From a virus (lineage: Duplodnaviria > Caudoviricetes): DNA of 64,000 nucleotides. The stretch lies in IMG/VR virus record IMGVR_UViG_3300012979_000027, positions 128,001-192,000 of that record. One strand, given 5' to 3'. The notes under the pieces are model-generated. The model saw nothing but the letters and a program-made list of their open reading frames with translations. It was not told the DNA's origin and did no database searches. Shown in pieces: positions 10,200-20,013 of the stretch (its first letter is position 1; every line of letters starts with the position of its first letter). Made by a program: the position numbers and the translations under genes.

Positions 10200-11310
10200 A
10201 AATTATGTTTGCTAAATTTTTTGCTTGTTGATATTCTTCTAAAATTTTATTAGGTATTTCATAAAGATAAAAAACTTTATAGCCATTTTCCGTTGCAATT
10301 CTATATTTTAAATCATCATTTTCGTTGCTATCTTTTACAGTGATAACTTTATCATTTTTAAGATGCGTATCTGCATATGTTGGATGATATAAATGACCAT
10401 TATATTCTACTATTATATTGCATTCAGGTATGCATAAATCATAATAACGTATCTTTCCACTAGCAGTATCTATTAAATGAATTTCATTATCACCTAATAA
10501 ATATTGAAATTCTTTAAAATTAGGTGATAAATCTTTCAAATATGTTATTAAACGATTTAAAACCGTTAATGAACGTTTGGAATACTGTTTACTGAATTTC
10601 GTTCTCCTTATATTAATATTAATTCGTTCTTTTATAGGTCTTTTATAATATTTTTCTAATCCTTTATTAATAATTTCTCGTTGTTTAAGCTTAGCCTCTT
10701 TTTCCGTAAGACCATACCTTTTCATTATAACAGAAACTTTTCGACTTGCTGCATTTTTTGATAAAATTTCTTGAGCTTCTGCTTCAGAATACCCCCTTGT
10801 AATATAATATTCTTTACAAAAAGGATTCTTAGTTTTATCTAATGGGCGAGAATGCGATGACCTTAGAATTTTGATAGCTTTCAGCTTTCGTTTTTCAATT
10901 AAAGAGCGTATCTCATCACCTGTCAGATTCGGATGTATTCTTTTTAGATTATTAAAATCAAATATGTTCTTTTTAAATGTTATTTCTTTAATTTCTTCAG
11001 GGGATTTTTTTCTAAATGTTTCTTTTCGTTTGTTAACTTTAATTTGAATTAATTTTTCGGCTTCTTCTAATGTATAACCTCGTTCAAGATAAAAACCTTT
11101 TTCCATAAAATGCCAATAATCAAAAATATCACTTCTTTTTGGTGTATTAGTTCTTTCTTTTGCTTTAAGGTATTTTTTATAAAGATGATTAATTAATTCT
11201 AAATCCTGTTTAATCGGGTATTCACTATTTTTATAAGGAAAAATTAAACGGTAAAATTTTTTATCTACATACATTTCATCAAAACTTAATAATGTAGTCA
11301 CAGTATTCAT
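10165..11310 (-). CDS. free-standing Vsr-like (PD-(D/E)xK-type) homing endonuclease
   Basis: YDL...IIVEYNGHLYH...DDLK..IATENGYKV C-terminal domain; repeated RGY(T/S)xxEA modules; lies between split-intein halves. Confidence 0.8.
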   Translation of the reverse strand: MNTVTTLLSFDEMYVDKKFYRLIFPYKNSEYPIKQDLELINHLYKKYLKAKERTNTPKRSDIFDYWHFMEKGFYLERGYTLEEAEKLIQIKVNKRKETFRKKSPEEIKEITFKKNIFDFNNLKRIHPNLTGDEIRSLIEKRKLKAIKILRSSHSRPLDKTKNPFCKEYYITRGYSEAEAQEILSKNAASRKVSVIMKRYGLTEKEAKLKQREIINKGLEKYYKRPIKERININIRRTKFSKQYSKRSLTVLNRLITYLKDLSPNFKEFQYLLGDNEIHLIDTASGKIRYYDLCIPECNIIVEYNGHLYHPTYADTHLKNDKVITVKDSNENDDLKYRIATENGYKVFYLYEIPNKILEEYQQAKNLANIIYEYYINERNCQ

Positions 11311-11353
11311 ATATTATTATTTAATGACTACATTATTAAGTTTTAAATATTTT

Positions 11354-11683
11354 TTAATCAAATAAGATATCCACTGGTATTCGCTGAGAACGCATTCGAT
11401 ATATCTGTATTTTTTGACTTTCGGGTATACAGGAACTTTCTGCAGCAAGCAAAGACATACGCGCTTCTGGGAAACCACCTCGCAAATGTCCGGATACGAG
11501 AGCATTTAAAGCATAACATCCTGTGTCTTCAAAGCTTTTAACATTTGACATCGCATTATCTAGGAAAGATACCATTGGGCTAAACTCTCGCAAAGTATCC
11601 ATTGCCTGAGCAATGCGTTTCTTTTTCTCTTCAGGAGTGAGAGAATTAATATCAATAATCTTTTCTTCTTTCTTTTTTGCCAT
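11354..11683 (-). CDS. uvsX: UvsX/RecA N-terminal part + 25-aa split-intein N fragment
   Basis: DTGCYALNALVSG..GGFP..R..LLAAESS then CIPESQKIQIY (intein block A from 11431); likely start ATG 11683. Confidence 0.9.
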   Translation of the reverse strand: MAKKKEEKIIDINSLTPEEKKKRIAQAMDTLREFSPMVSFLDNAMSNVKSFEDTGCYALNALVSGHLRGGFPEARMSLLAAESSCIPESQKIQIYRMRSQRIPVDILFD

Positions 11684-11723
11684 AGATTGAGGGTGCTGAA
11701 GCACCCCTTACTTTTTAATGTTT

Positions 11724-12110
11724 TTACTTGTTAGGAGTAATTTCAATATTACCATTAGCATCACGCTTTACGTGGTCAGTCATCGCAATTGTATGATAAT
11801 AGATATTCTGTAACACCGGAGAGATAGAATGATTCTGAAGGACATGACGCGCATCAATTTCCCAAATATTTTCGCCTTCTGTAAGGATAGCGCCAAAGAG
11901 GTAAGGAATCATCTCGAAATTTAAACGGTCTTCAAACTCTTTAGTTTTTTCATTCTTTACCTTCACAGTTGAAAAGATAACAGTTACAGGGTCCTTAATC
12001 ATAAGCTTATTGCTATTAGTGCTAATTGTTGTAGCAGAAGCATCAACGCCCATAGATGTAAAAGAACCATCACTCCAAATAATAAATTTATCAGCTGAAT
12101 TCATATACAT
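11724..12110 (-). CDS. hypothetical protein
   Basis: ORF with GCGCTATAAT just upstream of start. Confidence 0.7.
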   Translation of the reverse strand: MYMNSADKFIIWSDGSFTSMGVDASATTISTNSNKLMIKDPVTVIFSTVKVKNEKTKEFEDRLNFEMIPYLFGAILTEGENIWEIDARHVLQNHSISPVLQNIYYHTIAMTDHVKRDANGNIEITPNK

Positions 12111-12223
12111 TTATTATAGCGCACTTTTTGAGAATGTTTATAAAGATTTTTAACTTTACTTAATATTAAGTTAATTTTTACTTTTATTGAGAAAAAGCTC
12201 AACAGTATTGTAAATAAAATTAT

Positions 12224-12970
12224 ATGAAGAAGCGCAATTATTTTGCTAATAAGGAGAACTCTTCTTTCTTGAATCTCGTTAAGATGATTACAGAAAACGT
12301 AGATGATGAGACAGAGGGTCTTGACTTTGATGATGAGACCGAAGGTGACGATTTTGACACTGAAGGTGACGATTTTGATGCCGAGGGTGATGGTCTCGAA
12401 GACGATATGGGTGAAGATGTAGATGGTGATATGGTTTCCATCGAGCTTCCTCGCGATGTTGCTCAGCAGCTCTATGATGTTCTTGGCATGATGCTTGGTG
12501 GCGAAGAAGGTGATGACCTCGAAGGTGACGATGAGTTTGCTGATGAGGAAGGTGACGATTTTGACACTGAAGGTGACGATTTTGATGCCGAGGGTGATGA
12601 TGAGATGGCTGATGAATTCGAAGAATTCGGCGCCGATGAAGAGGAAGAAGACGAAGATGAGGAGTGTGACGAAGAAGATAAGACAGAGGAAGAGGACGAA
12701 GAAGTTCTTGGCTCTGACCAGTCTAACGTTGCACAGTCCACAATCTCTCGTAACGGTGCTCCTAAGCGTTCTAAGGCTAATACTTCTTGGAACACTGGTA
12801 AGACTGTAAAGTCAGTTTTTGACCAAACTGTTTCTCATGAAGGTGAGCCTGCCGGTACTTCTCGCGATGGTGCTCCTAAGCGTTCTAAGTTTACCAAGGG
12901 TTGGAATAATTCCAAAACTGTGAACAGCCGCTTGCAGCCTAACAAGCACATCGCTGAGATTGGTAAGTAA
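12224..12970 (+). CDS. highly acidic late protein (prohead core/scaffold-like)
   Basis: D/E-rich, TAAATA 7 nt upstream, MITE-N motif, internal duplications. Confidence 0.65.
   Translation: MKKRNYFANKENSSFLNLVKMITENVDDETEGLDFDDETEGDDFDTEGDDFDAEGDGLEDDMGEDVDGDMVSIELPRDVAQQLYDVLGMMLGGEEGDDLEGDDEFADEEGDDFDTEGDDFDAEGDDEMADEFEEFGADEEEEDEDEECDEEDKTEEEDEEVLGSDQSNVAQSTISRNGAPKRSKANTSWNTGKTVKSVFDQTVSHEGEPAGTSRDGAPKRSKFTKGWNNSKTVNSRLQPNKHIAEIGK
12341..12599 (+). repeat. ~52-bp direct repeat pair (EGDDFDTEGDDFDAEGD) at ~12341 and ~12548
   Basis: gaaggtgacgattttgacactgaaggtgacgattttgatgccgagggtgatg occurs twice. Confidence 0.85.
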
Positions 12971-13000
12971 TTAACTGTAAAACAAAATATTTCATAATGA

Positions 13001-13034
13001 GAAAAACCCGTGACGAATCACGGGTTTTTCTTTT
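13001..13034. terminator. bidirectional intrinsic terminator
   Basis: GAAAAACCCGTGA-CGAA-TCACGGGTTTTTC. Confidence 0.85.
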
Positions 13035-15727
13035 TATTCAAAGTTCATCATCAAATCAAAAAGGGAACATCCAAAGTCGTCTGCAGGATTAAATGACGTC
13101 CATCCTACTGACTTATATATTCGTTTGATTTCATCGTAAACTGTTTTGATGAAGGTTGTCTTATAATCAACCTGCAAATATTCCATTAGTTCAGGAGGCA
13201 AAGTATCAAGATAAGCAATTTTATCAATACCGAACTTGTTCTTATGAACATAGATAATCTTTGCTAAGTCACCTGATTTTACTTTTTCATAACCTTTAAT
13301 ACCCAACTTGTCCATGATGATATTAAAATTAATTGCAGCTCTTACATGTCCTGGTGTTCCAAGAGGGAAGCTCATTTTACCGATATTATTATTACAGGGA
13401 ATATCCAAGAGCTTTTCATATTCTGCAACTTTATTACAGCGCTGAATTGTAACAATGTCATCAAGCGGCATTTCTTTAAATTTGTTATAAAGATTTTGAA
13501 GCAATGATTCAGTAGAAGTTTTATCTTGTGTAATAATCATATGCTCAACAACTTCTTTTGCAGCTATTTTAAGGTCCTTAGCTAGAGTAGAACGAGCAAA
13601 CTTTACACCTGTATACTTGAATGATGGCTTTTTAACACCTTCATTATCAAGGATATGAAGAATATAATTTTTCTTCGCTTCTTCGTCTTTGTTTTTCTTT
13701 TTTAAGAATACACCGGCATCACAAATTTTTTCTCGTTTGAAATATACAGTACATTTATTAGAGTTTGTTGTTGTCTTGAACCATTCTTGGAAATGTTTAT
13801 CGATGTAATCATCACATTCTTGAACAAGTGCATAACCTTCTTCAGTAACTTTACCATCTTTACATACTACAACACCGCATTTATCCAACCTGATACAACA
13901 AGAATCTGTATCATTAAAGATAACAACCGCTTCCAAATCATCGTCGGAGATATTATTATTCTTAGATTTTACAAAGTTACGTGCGAGTACATTAATATGT
14001 TTAATTGAAGTAGAGCCTGCAGTAGTAATTGCATTAGCCAAATCAGTGTCACCAATCTGATTCTTGCCGGAACTTATTGCACCGTAAGCACTATTAATCA
14101 AAATTTTAAGAGCATATTGAAGAATGTCCTTACGGTTAATTTCACCTTTCAGAACTTTGATACGGGTGGGGTCTGTGCATGTTTCAAGTTCTTTATTATG
14201 AAGTTTAATTTCTTTACGAATAGAAGAACGTTGTTCAAACACTTCTGCCATATATTGTGCAAACACACCGGGAATATCTTGTCTAAAGACGCATCCGTTG
14301 GGCGCTACACAATAATTCATCTCTTTAATAAACCTATTAAACTGTCCTCGCGTTAAATCATACTTAAGATTGTCCTTGGCAAAAACGAATTTAATACCAT
14401 CGCTTTCTGAACCATTATAAACTTCGCCTGATTTAAAATAAGCCATACCAACTTTAGTCTCCGGAGATATATTAAGACTAATCGAGTTATTGGGGTATAG
14501 ACTACCAGCGTCGAAAGTTACAGCATCACGAGCAAATCCAGGTCGCAATGATACAAAGCCACCCGGTTTTTCTTCATCCGGATTAACATCACGAATATAG
14601 GTATGAAGAACACGATTCTTTCTGCGGCAACGAATCGCTACTGCACCATTTGTACCCGGGATTGTCATCATCCCTTTATCAAAATTGCAACAACCCATAT
14701 ATGATACCATTCGCAAAATCTGGAAATAACGAGTTTTTTCTTCCAATTTTACCAGAAGCTCAACGTCTCGAACGTTATATTCCACGAAAGTATTCCAATG
14801 GTTGCGCATGAACTCATAAATGTTCTTCTCTCCTTGATAATCTACTTTACCAATACCAAGTTCTTCCTGTGCAATGAAATCCAACTTATAAGATTCTTGC
14901 TTTACAATCTTATACTTTGCATAAACATCGATATGGTCAAGAATAGTTACACCAGAGAAGTTATATTTTGTATATTCACGATTGAACTTATCCTTATCTA
15001 TAGATTCATAATAGTTTTGATATGGAGAGAGCTCGAGTAACTTATCTTCACCAAATACCTTACGAATACGATTTACAATATAAGGCATATCAAATCGATT
15101 TAGGTTCCAAGCAGTTACGACGTCGGGATAATCATTAGACTTCCAAAACTCTATAAATGAATAAAGAACACCTCTTTCAGTTGTACAGTTTTGATATACT
15201 ACATTATCGCCAAGGTCCTTACCTGTATATGCATTCTTAGAAAAAATAAAATATTTCTTCTCCACTGAATCATATACCGTTATAATATTAATCTCTGAAG
15301 GAGCAGACTTATCTAAATCTATCTGAGACTTGTCAGCGCTTCTGTATACAATTGCTTCAGGAAATGAACCATCATCTGTTTCGTCAACCTCAATATCGAA
15401 GAAAAGAATACGCAACGGATTTGCATCAAAACCCGGCTTATCATACTTGTCCCAAAAGTAGTCAAGAAGAAACTGCTGGGTTACATCAAAGTTTTCATAA
15501 TAGTGTCTGGAACCATAAGACTTAACAAATTTCGTACGCTGTCCAGGAGTATTAAACTCTACTTTCTCAACCGGCTTTTCGAAGATAGAAATATATTGCC
15601 CTCTTGGTGAATCAACATAAAGATAAGGTTTGAACGGCACATTAACCGTCAAACGCTTACCTGACTTGTTCCAAGTTTTAAGTTTAATACACTTATCGTC
15701 GGGTGACCAATAACAATGTCTGTACAT
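13034..15727 (-). CDS. family B DNA polymerase (gp43-like)
   Basis: ExoI FDIE, WNLNRFDMPY, YNVRDV, FDAGSLYPN, KILINSAYG, NDTDS. Confidence 0.97.
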   Translation of the reverse strand: MYRHCYWSPDDKCIKLKTWNKSGKRLTVNVPFKPYLYVDSPRGQYISIFEKPVEKVEFNTPGQRTKFVKSYGSRHYYENFDVTQQFLLDYFWDKYDKPGFDANPLRILFFDIEVDETDDGSFPEAIVYRSADKSQIDLDKSAPSEINIITVYDSVEKKYFIFSKNAYTGKDLGDNVVYQNCTTERGVLYSFIEFWKSNDYPDVVTAWNLNRFDMPYIVNRIRKVFGEDKLLELSPYQNYYESIDKDKFNREYTKYNFSGVTILDHIDVYAKYKIVKQESYKLDFIAQEELGIGKVDYQGEKNIYEFMRNHWNTFVEYNVRDVELLVKLEEKTRYFQILRMVSYMGCCNFDKGMMTIPGTNGAVAIRCRRKNRVLHTYIRDVNPDEEKPGGFVSLRPGFARDAVTFDAGSLYPNNSISLNISPETKVGMAYFKSGEVYNGSESDGIKFVFAKDNLKYDLTRGQFNRFIKEMNYCVAPNGCVFRQDIPGVFAQYMAEVFEQRSSIRKEIKLHNKELETCTDPTRIKVLKGEINRKDILQYALKILINSAYGAISSGKNQIGDTDLANAITTAGSTSIKHINVLARNFVKSKNNNISDDDLEAVVIFNDTDSCCIRLDKCGVVVCKDGKVTEEGYALVQECDDYIDKHFQEWFKTTTNSNKCTVYFKREKICDAGVFLKKKNKDEEAKKNYILHILDNEGVKKPSFKYTGVKFARSTLAKDLKIAAKEVVEHMIITQDKTSTESLLQNLYNKFKEMPLDDIVTIQRCNKVAEYEKLLDIPCNNNIGKMSFPLGTPGHVRAAINFNIIMDKLGIKGYEKVKSGDLAKIIYVHKNKFGIDKIAYLDTLPPELMEYLQVDYKTTFIKTVYDEIKRIYKSVGWTSFNPADDFGCSLFDLMMNFE

Positions 15728-15730
15728 TTT

Positions 15731-17542
15731 TTATTCGTTATAAATTCGTTTTGTAAAACCGTTGGATTTTTCCAACATAATTACCTCATTAATAAATGGA
15801 ATTTGTGCTCCACTTTTATGAGAGATAATATATACTGCTTTATTTTCTTTATGTGTATGTTCTGATATGAAATTCAATATAATATTAAGTGATTTATCGT
15901 CAAGAGACGAGTCTAAGATTTCATCAAAAAAGATAATATTATAAGAGATTTGTCTCTGGAGACTTAACATATCATTGATAGCGAATGAGATTGCCAAATC
16001 TATCTTTTTCATCTCTGCTCCGGAGCAATTATTATACAAACATATCACACCATTAGAATCCTTAATTTCTTCTTCAAAGTATTCATTAAATCTGAAATTA
16101 AAGGTACTTTTAATAGAGCTAAGATAATACATAATTCGATTATTGAACAAATCAAGGAGCTTGTTTACAATATATGCTCTTACTCCATATTCACCAAGAA
16201 TATGTTCACAGATATTCATCATTCCAAGTTCTCGTTCAAGCCCTTCAACTGTCTTTTGAACTTTATTAAGAGTCTCTTGTGTAGATTTAATAAGAGTTTT
16301 GAAGTTCTCAATGCCCGAAAAGTCCTCTTTGATGTCTTTCGACTTAATCTGCTCTTCATAAACATTTATAATGCGTTTACTTTCAGCTATTTTAAGCTGC
16401 AGTTCATTAAAGATTTTGTGATATTCACTATCTTTATTGATTATCTCTTTGGCTTTAACAATATCGCCTTCGATTTCTTCTGTCTTTTCAGCAACTGTCG
16501 TAATTTTTTGAAGAATTTCTTCCAACTTTTCGTTCAAAGACAATTTTTCTTCGTTGATATGCGTAATATGTTCATCAGAATAAGCCCTCTTACAAGTAGG
16601 ACAAACACCACTAACAGTTTCAAGTCGCTTTAAATCTCTACGAAGAACACCTTCTTCGATATAAAGTTGAGATTTTACTATGTTTAGCTTAGTTTTAAAC
16701 TCTTCCTGTTTGATAAGAGACGAATTGATAGCATTTAAGTCATAATCTTTAGGCCACTTTTTATGCAACTCATCAATAGCTGTATTATAAGAAACGATAC
16801 ATCGATTTTCATTATCAACTTTTTCATTGATTGCGTCTAACTCTCTTTGTTTACGAGTTTCATATTGATTTTGTAAATCTATTAATCGCTCGAGCTCTCT
16901 TTGATAGTTCGCGATATTTGATTCATGTAAACTTTGAGTATTTTTCTCAAGAGAATAGTTACCTTTAGTTGTGCGTATATCCTCCTTCAAAATTCGGGAC
17001 ATTAAGGAGAAGATATTTAAGTTGAAAATAGTCTCGATGAAGTTCTTCTTTTCTTGTTTTTTACGAGCCATGAACGGAATAGTATTATTAGCTCGCATCA
17101 GAACACAATTTTGGAAAATATCCTTTTCCGCATAAAAAACTTCTTCAATATATTTGTTAGTCTCAGCGGTTGTGGATTTAGTAACCTCTACGCCATCTTT
17201 CCAAATCTTTAATGATTGAGGTGCAAGTTTACGTTCAATAAGATAAGTATCAATATTTCCTGGAGTCTCAATATCTGCCTCGAGACGAACTACACAATTT
17301 TTACCAACCTTTCGGTTAACAATGAAACTTAACTTAGAAAGTTCTCGCATTGTATTACCGAACAAAGCAAAATAGAAAGCATCTGAAATGGAACTTTTGC
17401 CCGCCGCATTTGCAATACCATCCTCATCTCTATTAACACCTGTAATTACATTCATTCCGGTGTTAAAATCTATTTCTAATGGTTCATTACCAATAGATAA
17501 GAAGTTTTGAATATAAAGTTTTTTGAAATTAATTTTCTTCAT
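15731..17542 (-). CDS. recombination nuclease ATPase subunit (gp46/SbcC/Rad50)
   Basis: NFLSIG, NAAGKSS, CPTC zinc hook, CSGAE signature, FDEILD, ISH. Confidence 0.95.
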   Translation of the reverse strand: MKKINFKKLYIQNFLSIGNEPLEIDFNTGMNVITGVNRDEDGIANAAGKSSISDAFYFALFGNTMRELSKLSFIVNRKVGKNCVVRLEADIETPGNIDTYLIERKLAPQSLKIWKDGVEVTKSTTAETNKYIEEVFYAEKDIFQNCVLMRANNTIPFMARKKQEKKNFIETIFNLNIFSLMSRILKEDIRTTKGNYSLEKNTQSLHESNIANYQRELERLIDLQNQYETRKQRELDAINEKVDNENRCIVSYNTAIDELHKKWPKDYDLNAINSSLIKQEEFKTKLNIVKSQLYIEEGVLRRDLKRLETVSGVCPTCKRAYSDEHITHINEEKLSLNEKLEEILQKITTVAEKTEEIEGDIVKAKEIINKDSEYHKIFNELQLKIAESKRIINVYEEQIKSKDIKEDFSGIENFKTLIKSTQETLNKVQKTVEGLERELGMMNICEHILGEYGVRAYIVNKLLDLFNNRIMYYLSSIKSTFNFRFNEYFEEEIKDSNGVICLYNNCSGAEMKKIDLAISFAINDMLSLQRQISYNIIFFDEILDSSLDDKSLNIILNFISEHTHKENKAVYIISHKSGAQIPFINEVIMLEKSNGFTKRIYNE

Positions 17543-17571
17543 GTATTAATACTTTACATGAGTTCTGAAAG

Positions 17572-17600
17572 AAAAAATGCCGGTTCTAACCGGCATTTTT
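17572..17600 (-). terminator. intrinsic terminator after nadE
   Basis: AAAAATGCCGGT-TCTA-ACCGGCATTTTT. Confidence 0.75.
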
Positions 17601-18485
17601 CACAAAGTTGGGAAGATATGAGAAATCAGGTTGAGGCATCTGCACAATTTCCAACTTGAACTTATTCTGCTTATACTTCTTTCTAATCTTTTCTTTTACT
17701 TCATCATCTCCCTTGTTGAAACGAATAAAGTCATCAATCTGTTTATAAGTAATACCAAGTCGTTCTTCATCAGATTGAGGCTGAAGGCCATCAGCAGGAG
17801 TTTTGTCAATTAGTTCAATCAGTCGTTTATGACCATCTACGGGGTAAGTTTGCCAAGACATATCAGCCATTCTTTCCTTGACAGAAGTATCTTCTAACAT
17901 TTTTTTATTATAAAGTAAAGTAGCAACATAGCAACCTAAGTGCTTTACCTCTGTTACTGTTAATCCTTGAATAGGAGCATACGACCCTGCATTATCGCCA
18001 AATTGTGTGGCATAACCAACCATATCTTCTGAAAGATTGGAAGTATTGATAACACGACCACCAATACATTGACCAACAGCATGAAGTGTAGACATGCGGA
18101 TACGAGCAGGAAGATTGATTTCCATGTCCTTATTAGGATAAACATTATCCATTGAGCGTCTATCCCAAATCTGTTTTGTGATAGCATCCACACTCTCAGC
18201 AATGTTGATAATAGAATGAGAAATACCAAGAATTTTTACCACGTCAAAACTATCATGAATATCAGACTGTGTTCCTTGTGGCATCAATACACCGTGTACT
18301 CGTTCCTTACCAAAAATGGAAACAAGTAATGCAGCTACAACTGTACTGTCTTTACCACCACTAATACCAACAACAAATTTATCAGCGTTCGTAATTGAAG
18401 CCCATGTCTTCAAATGTGTTTCAATGGTTGCATATACCAACTCTAAATTAAAATCATATACTTTCTTTTCGTTCATATTTTCCAT
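17586..18485 (-). CDS. nadE: NH3-dependent NAD+ synthetase
   Basis: GISGGKDS, NLPARIRM, TSNLSE, GYATQFGD, TPADGL, DEERLGITY. Confidence 0.95.
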   Translation of the reverse strand: MENMNEKKVYDFNLELVYATIETHLKTWASITNADKFVVGISGGKDSTVVAALLVSIFGKERVHGVLMPQGTQSDIHDSFDVVKILGISHSIINIAESVDAITKQIWDRRSMDNVYPNKDMEINLPARIRMSTLHAVGQCIGGRVINTSNLSEDMVGYATQFGDNAGSYAPIQGLTVTEVKHLGCYVATLLYNKKMLEDTSVKERMADMSWQTYPVDGHKRLIELIDKTPADGLQPQSDEERLGITYKQIDDFIRFNKGDDEVKEKIRKKYKQNKFKLEIVQMPQPDFSYLPNFVKNAG

Positions 18486-18515
18486 TATCTTATTTTTGCT
18501 TAGTTGAGGGTAGTG

Positions 18516-18707
18516 TCATACTCCCCTCTTTTTTCTTCCAAAAAGTCTATCATCTGTAAGTTTTCTGAAATACGCAGCAGTAGAGTGACATTTGAATGTG
18601 CATGTTTCGTTTCTCTTTTCTTCAAGAATATAATGAGTTACAAAAAACTTGATATTTCGCCATCTCATTTTTCTTCGCCAAAAGATGTCACGATTTTTCA
18701 TACTCAC
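18516..18707 (-). CDS. small basic hypothetical protein
   Basis: ATGA overlap with upstream ORF. Confidence 0.5.
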   Translation of the reverse strand: MSMKNRDIFWRRKMRWRNIKFFVTHYILEEKRNETCTFKCHSTAAYFRKLTDDRLFGRKKRGV

Positions 18708-19099
18708 AGATTTTCATCAATGGTTTCACGACTTGTCTCAAATTCTTTCGTTTCATCTAAATCCTTCCAAAGATTTACTGTAACAGTTCCATCATCATTA
18801 TATTTCAATGCTCTTTTAACACGAAAAAGGGTTCGTTCTAACAAACAGGTTTTATCAATAATATCAGAAATAGTAAAATCTTTATCAAATTCAGTTTCTT
18901 TATTGAACTTATAACCATCTTCATGGGTATATGCTTGTGCTAATAATGATGCAATGAATTCAACGCTTTCTCGCTTATTAACATCAAAATGCTTTTCAAC
19001 ATTATAATTTGTAATGTAATATTTTGCAAATTTAATTACACTAGGTTGTTTTTCTAACCAAGCAATATATTCAAAATACTTCTTTTGTTTTTCTTCCAT
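18704..19099 (-). CDS. hypothetical protein
   Basis: ORF within NAD operon. Confidence 0.7.
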   Translation of the reverse strand: MEEKQKKYFEYIAWLEKQPSVIKFAKYYITNYNVEKHFDVNKRESVEFIASLLAQAYTHEDGYKFNKETEFDKDFTISDIIDKTCLLERTLFRVKRALKYNDDGTVTVNLWKDLDETKEFETSRETIDENL

Positions 19100-19106
19100 A
19101 AGTTAA

Positions 19107-19955
19107 TTATACATTAGTTCTATGTTTTTTATGATGTGACTTTCCACCTTTACCATTTTTTCCAAGTTTATAACCAATTTTTTTATACTCTTCTATTTCT
19201 TCAATTTTTACACAAAGTCTATGATTAGTTTGTTCGTTAAACATCCATTTTTTACCAAAGTTTGGATTTTTTTCTCCACTTTTAGATTTTCTAATATTTT
19301 CACAAACCTCTTTTGGTAATTTCCTTCCAGTCATAAACTTTGCTGATGCTTCACCAATTTTTTTCTTACTCTCTTCCGTGTGTTTAAATCCGAGTTTTTT
19401 CTGTCTTATTTTTTCTTTAGTTTCTTCTGTATGTTTAGAACCCAAACGACTTTGAATTAAAATTTGTTTATGTTCTTCTGAAAGTTTATTATTACCATTT
19501 TTTATACGAGATTCTAAAATTTTTTGTCTGTGTTCTTTTGTGTGTTTTCTACCAAGATTCGCTTTAAGTAAAGCCTTTTTTGCATTGTCGCTCATAGGTC
19601 TTCCTATCATTGGACTTGGCAACTTTTTATAAGCAATTCTCAATTTTTCAATTGTTCGTGAATTGATAGTAACACCTTTATGTCTATTAGCGAATAAAAA
19701 GCAAGTTTTTACCATCGCTCTATACTGATAACTATCTTCACCAAACTTTTTCTTATAAATTCGTTTCAATAGTAAATGTGCTATAAAATGTTCTCGTACT
19801 GTAAGATTTACTTTATTTGACTTTTTGTAAATTAGTTTCTTATCAATAGAACGAGGAACGACATGATGAGTTTCGTAATACTCACAATTACTTTCATCCA
19901 ATACATTTTCTCTACGATAACTTACGAGGTTATCATATATCTTCTCATAATCCAT
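19107..19955 (-). CDS. HNH homing endonuclease with NUMOD3 repeats
   Basis: ETHHVVPRS..N.V.LTVREHFIAHLLL; repeated GRKHTKEH/GSKHTEET/GFKHTEES; GEKNPNFGK. Confidence 0.9.
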   Translation of the reverse strand: MDYEKIYDNLVSYRRENVLDESNCEYYETHHVVPRSIDKKLIYKKSNKVNLTVREHFIAHLLLKRIYKKKFGEDSYQYRAMVKTCFLFANRHKGVTINSRTIEKLRIAYKKLPSPMIGRPMSDNAKKALLKANLGRKHTKEHRQKILESRIKNGNNKLSEEHKQILIQSRLGSKHTEETKEKIRQKKLGFKHTEESKKKIGEASAKFMTGRKLPKEVCENIRKSKSGEKNPNFGKKWMFNEQTNHRLCVKIEEIEEYKKIGYKLGKNGKGGKSHHKKHRTNV

Positions 19956-19960
19956 ATCAG

Positions 19961-19968
19961 TATTTATA
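19961..19968 (-). promoter_or_regulatory. T4-type late promoter TATAAATA (example of ~13 TAAATA sites)
   Basis: Exact T4 late consensus 5 nt before HNH ATG. Confidence 0.75.
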
Positions 19969-20013
19969 CAAAATGTATCTCGTGTGAAAGGATTATGAGA
20001 AGATTTTTATTTT

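Noticed and set aside
10165-11354. Group I intron interrupting uvsX
   Set aside because: Almost no non-coding space for a ribozyme core; intein motifs on both sides explain the split
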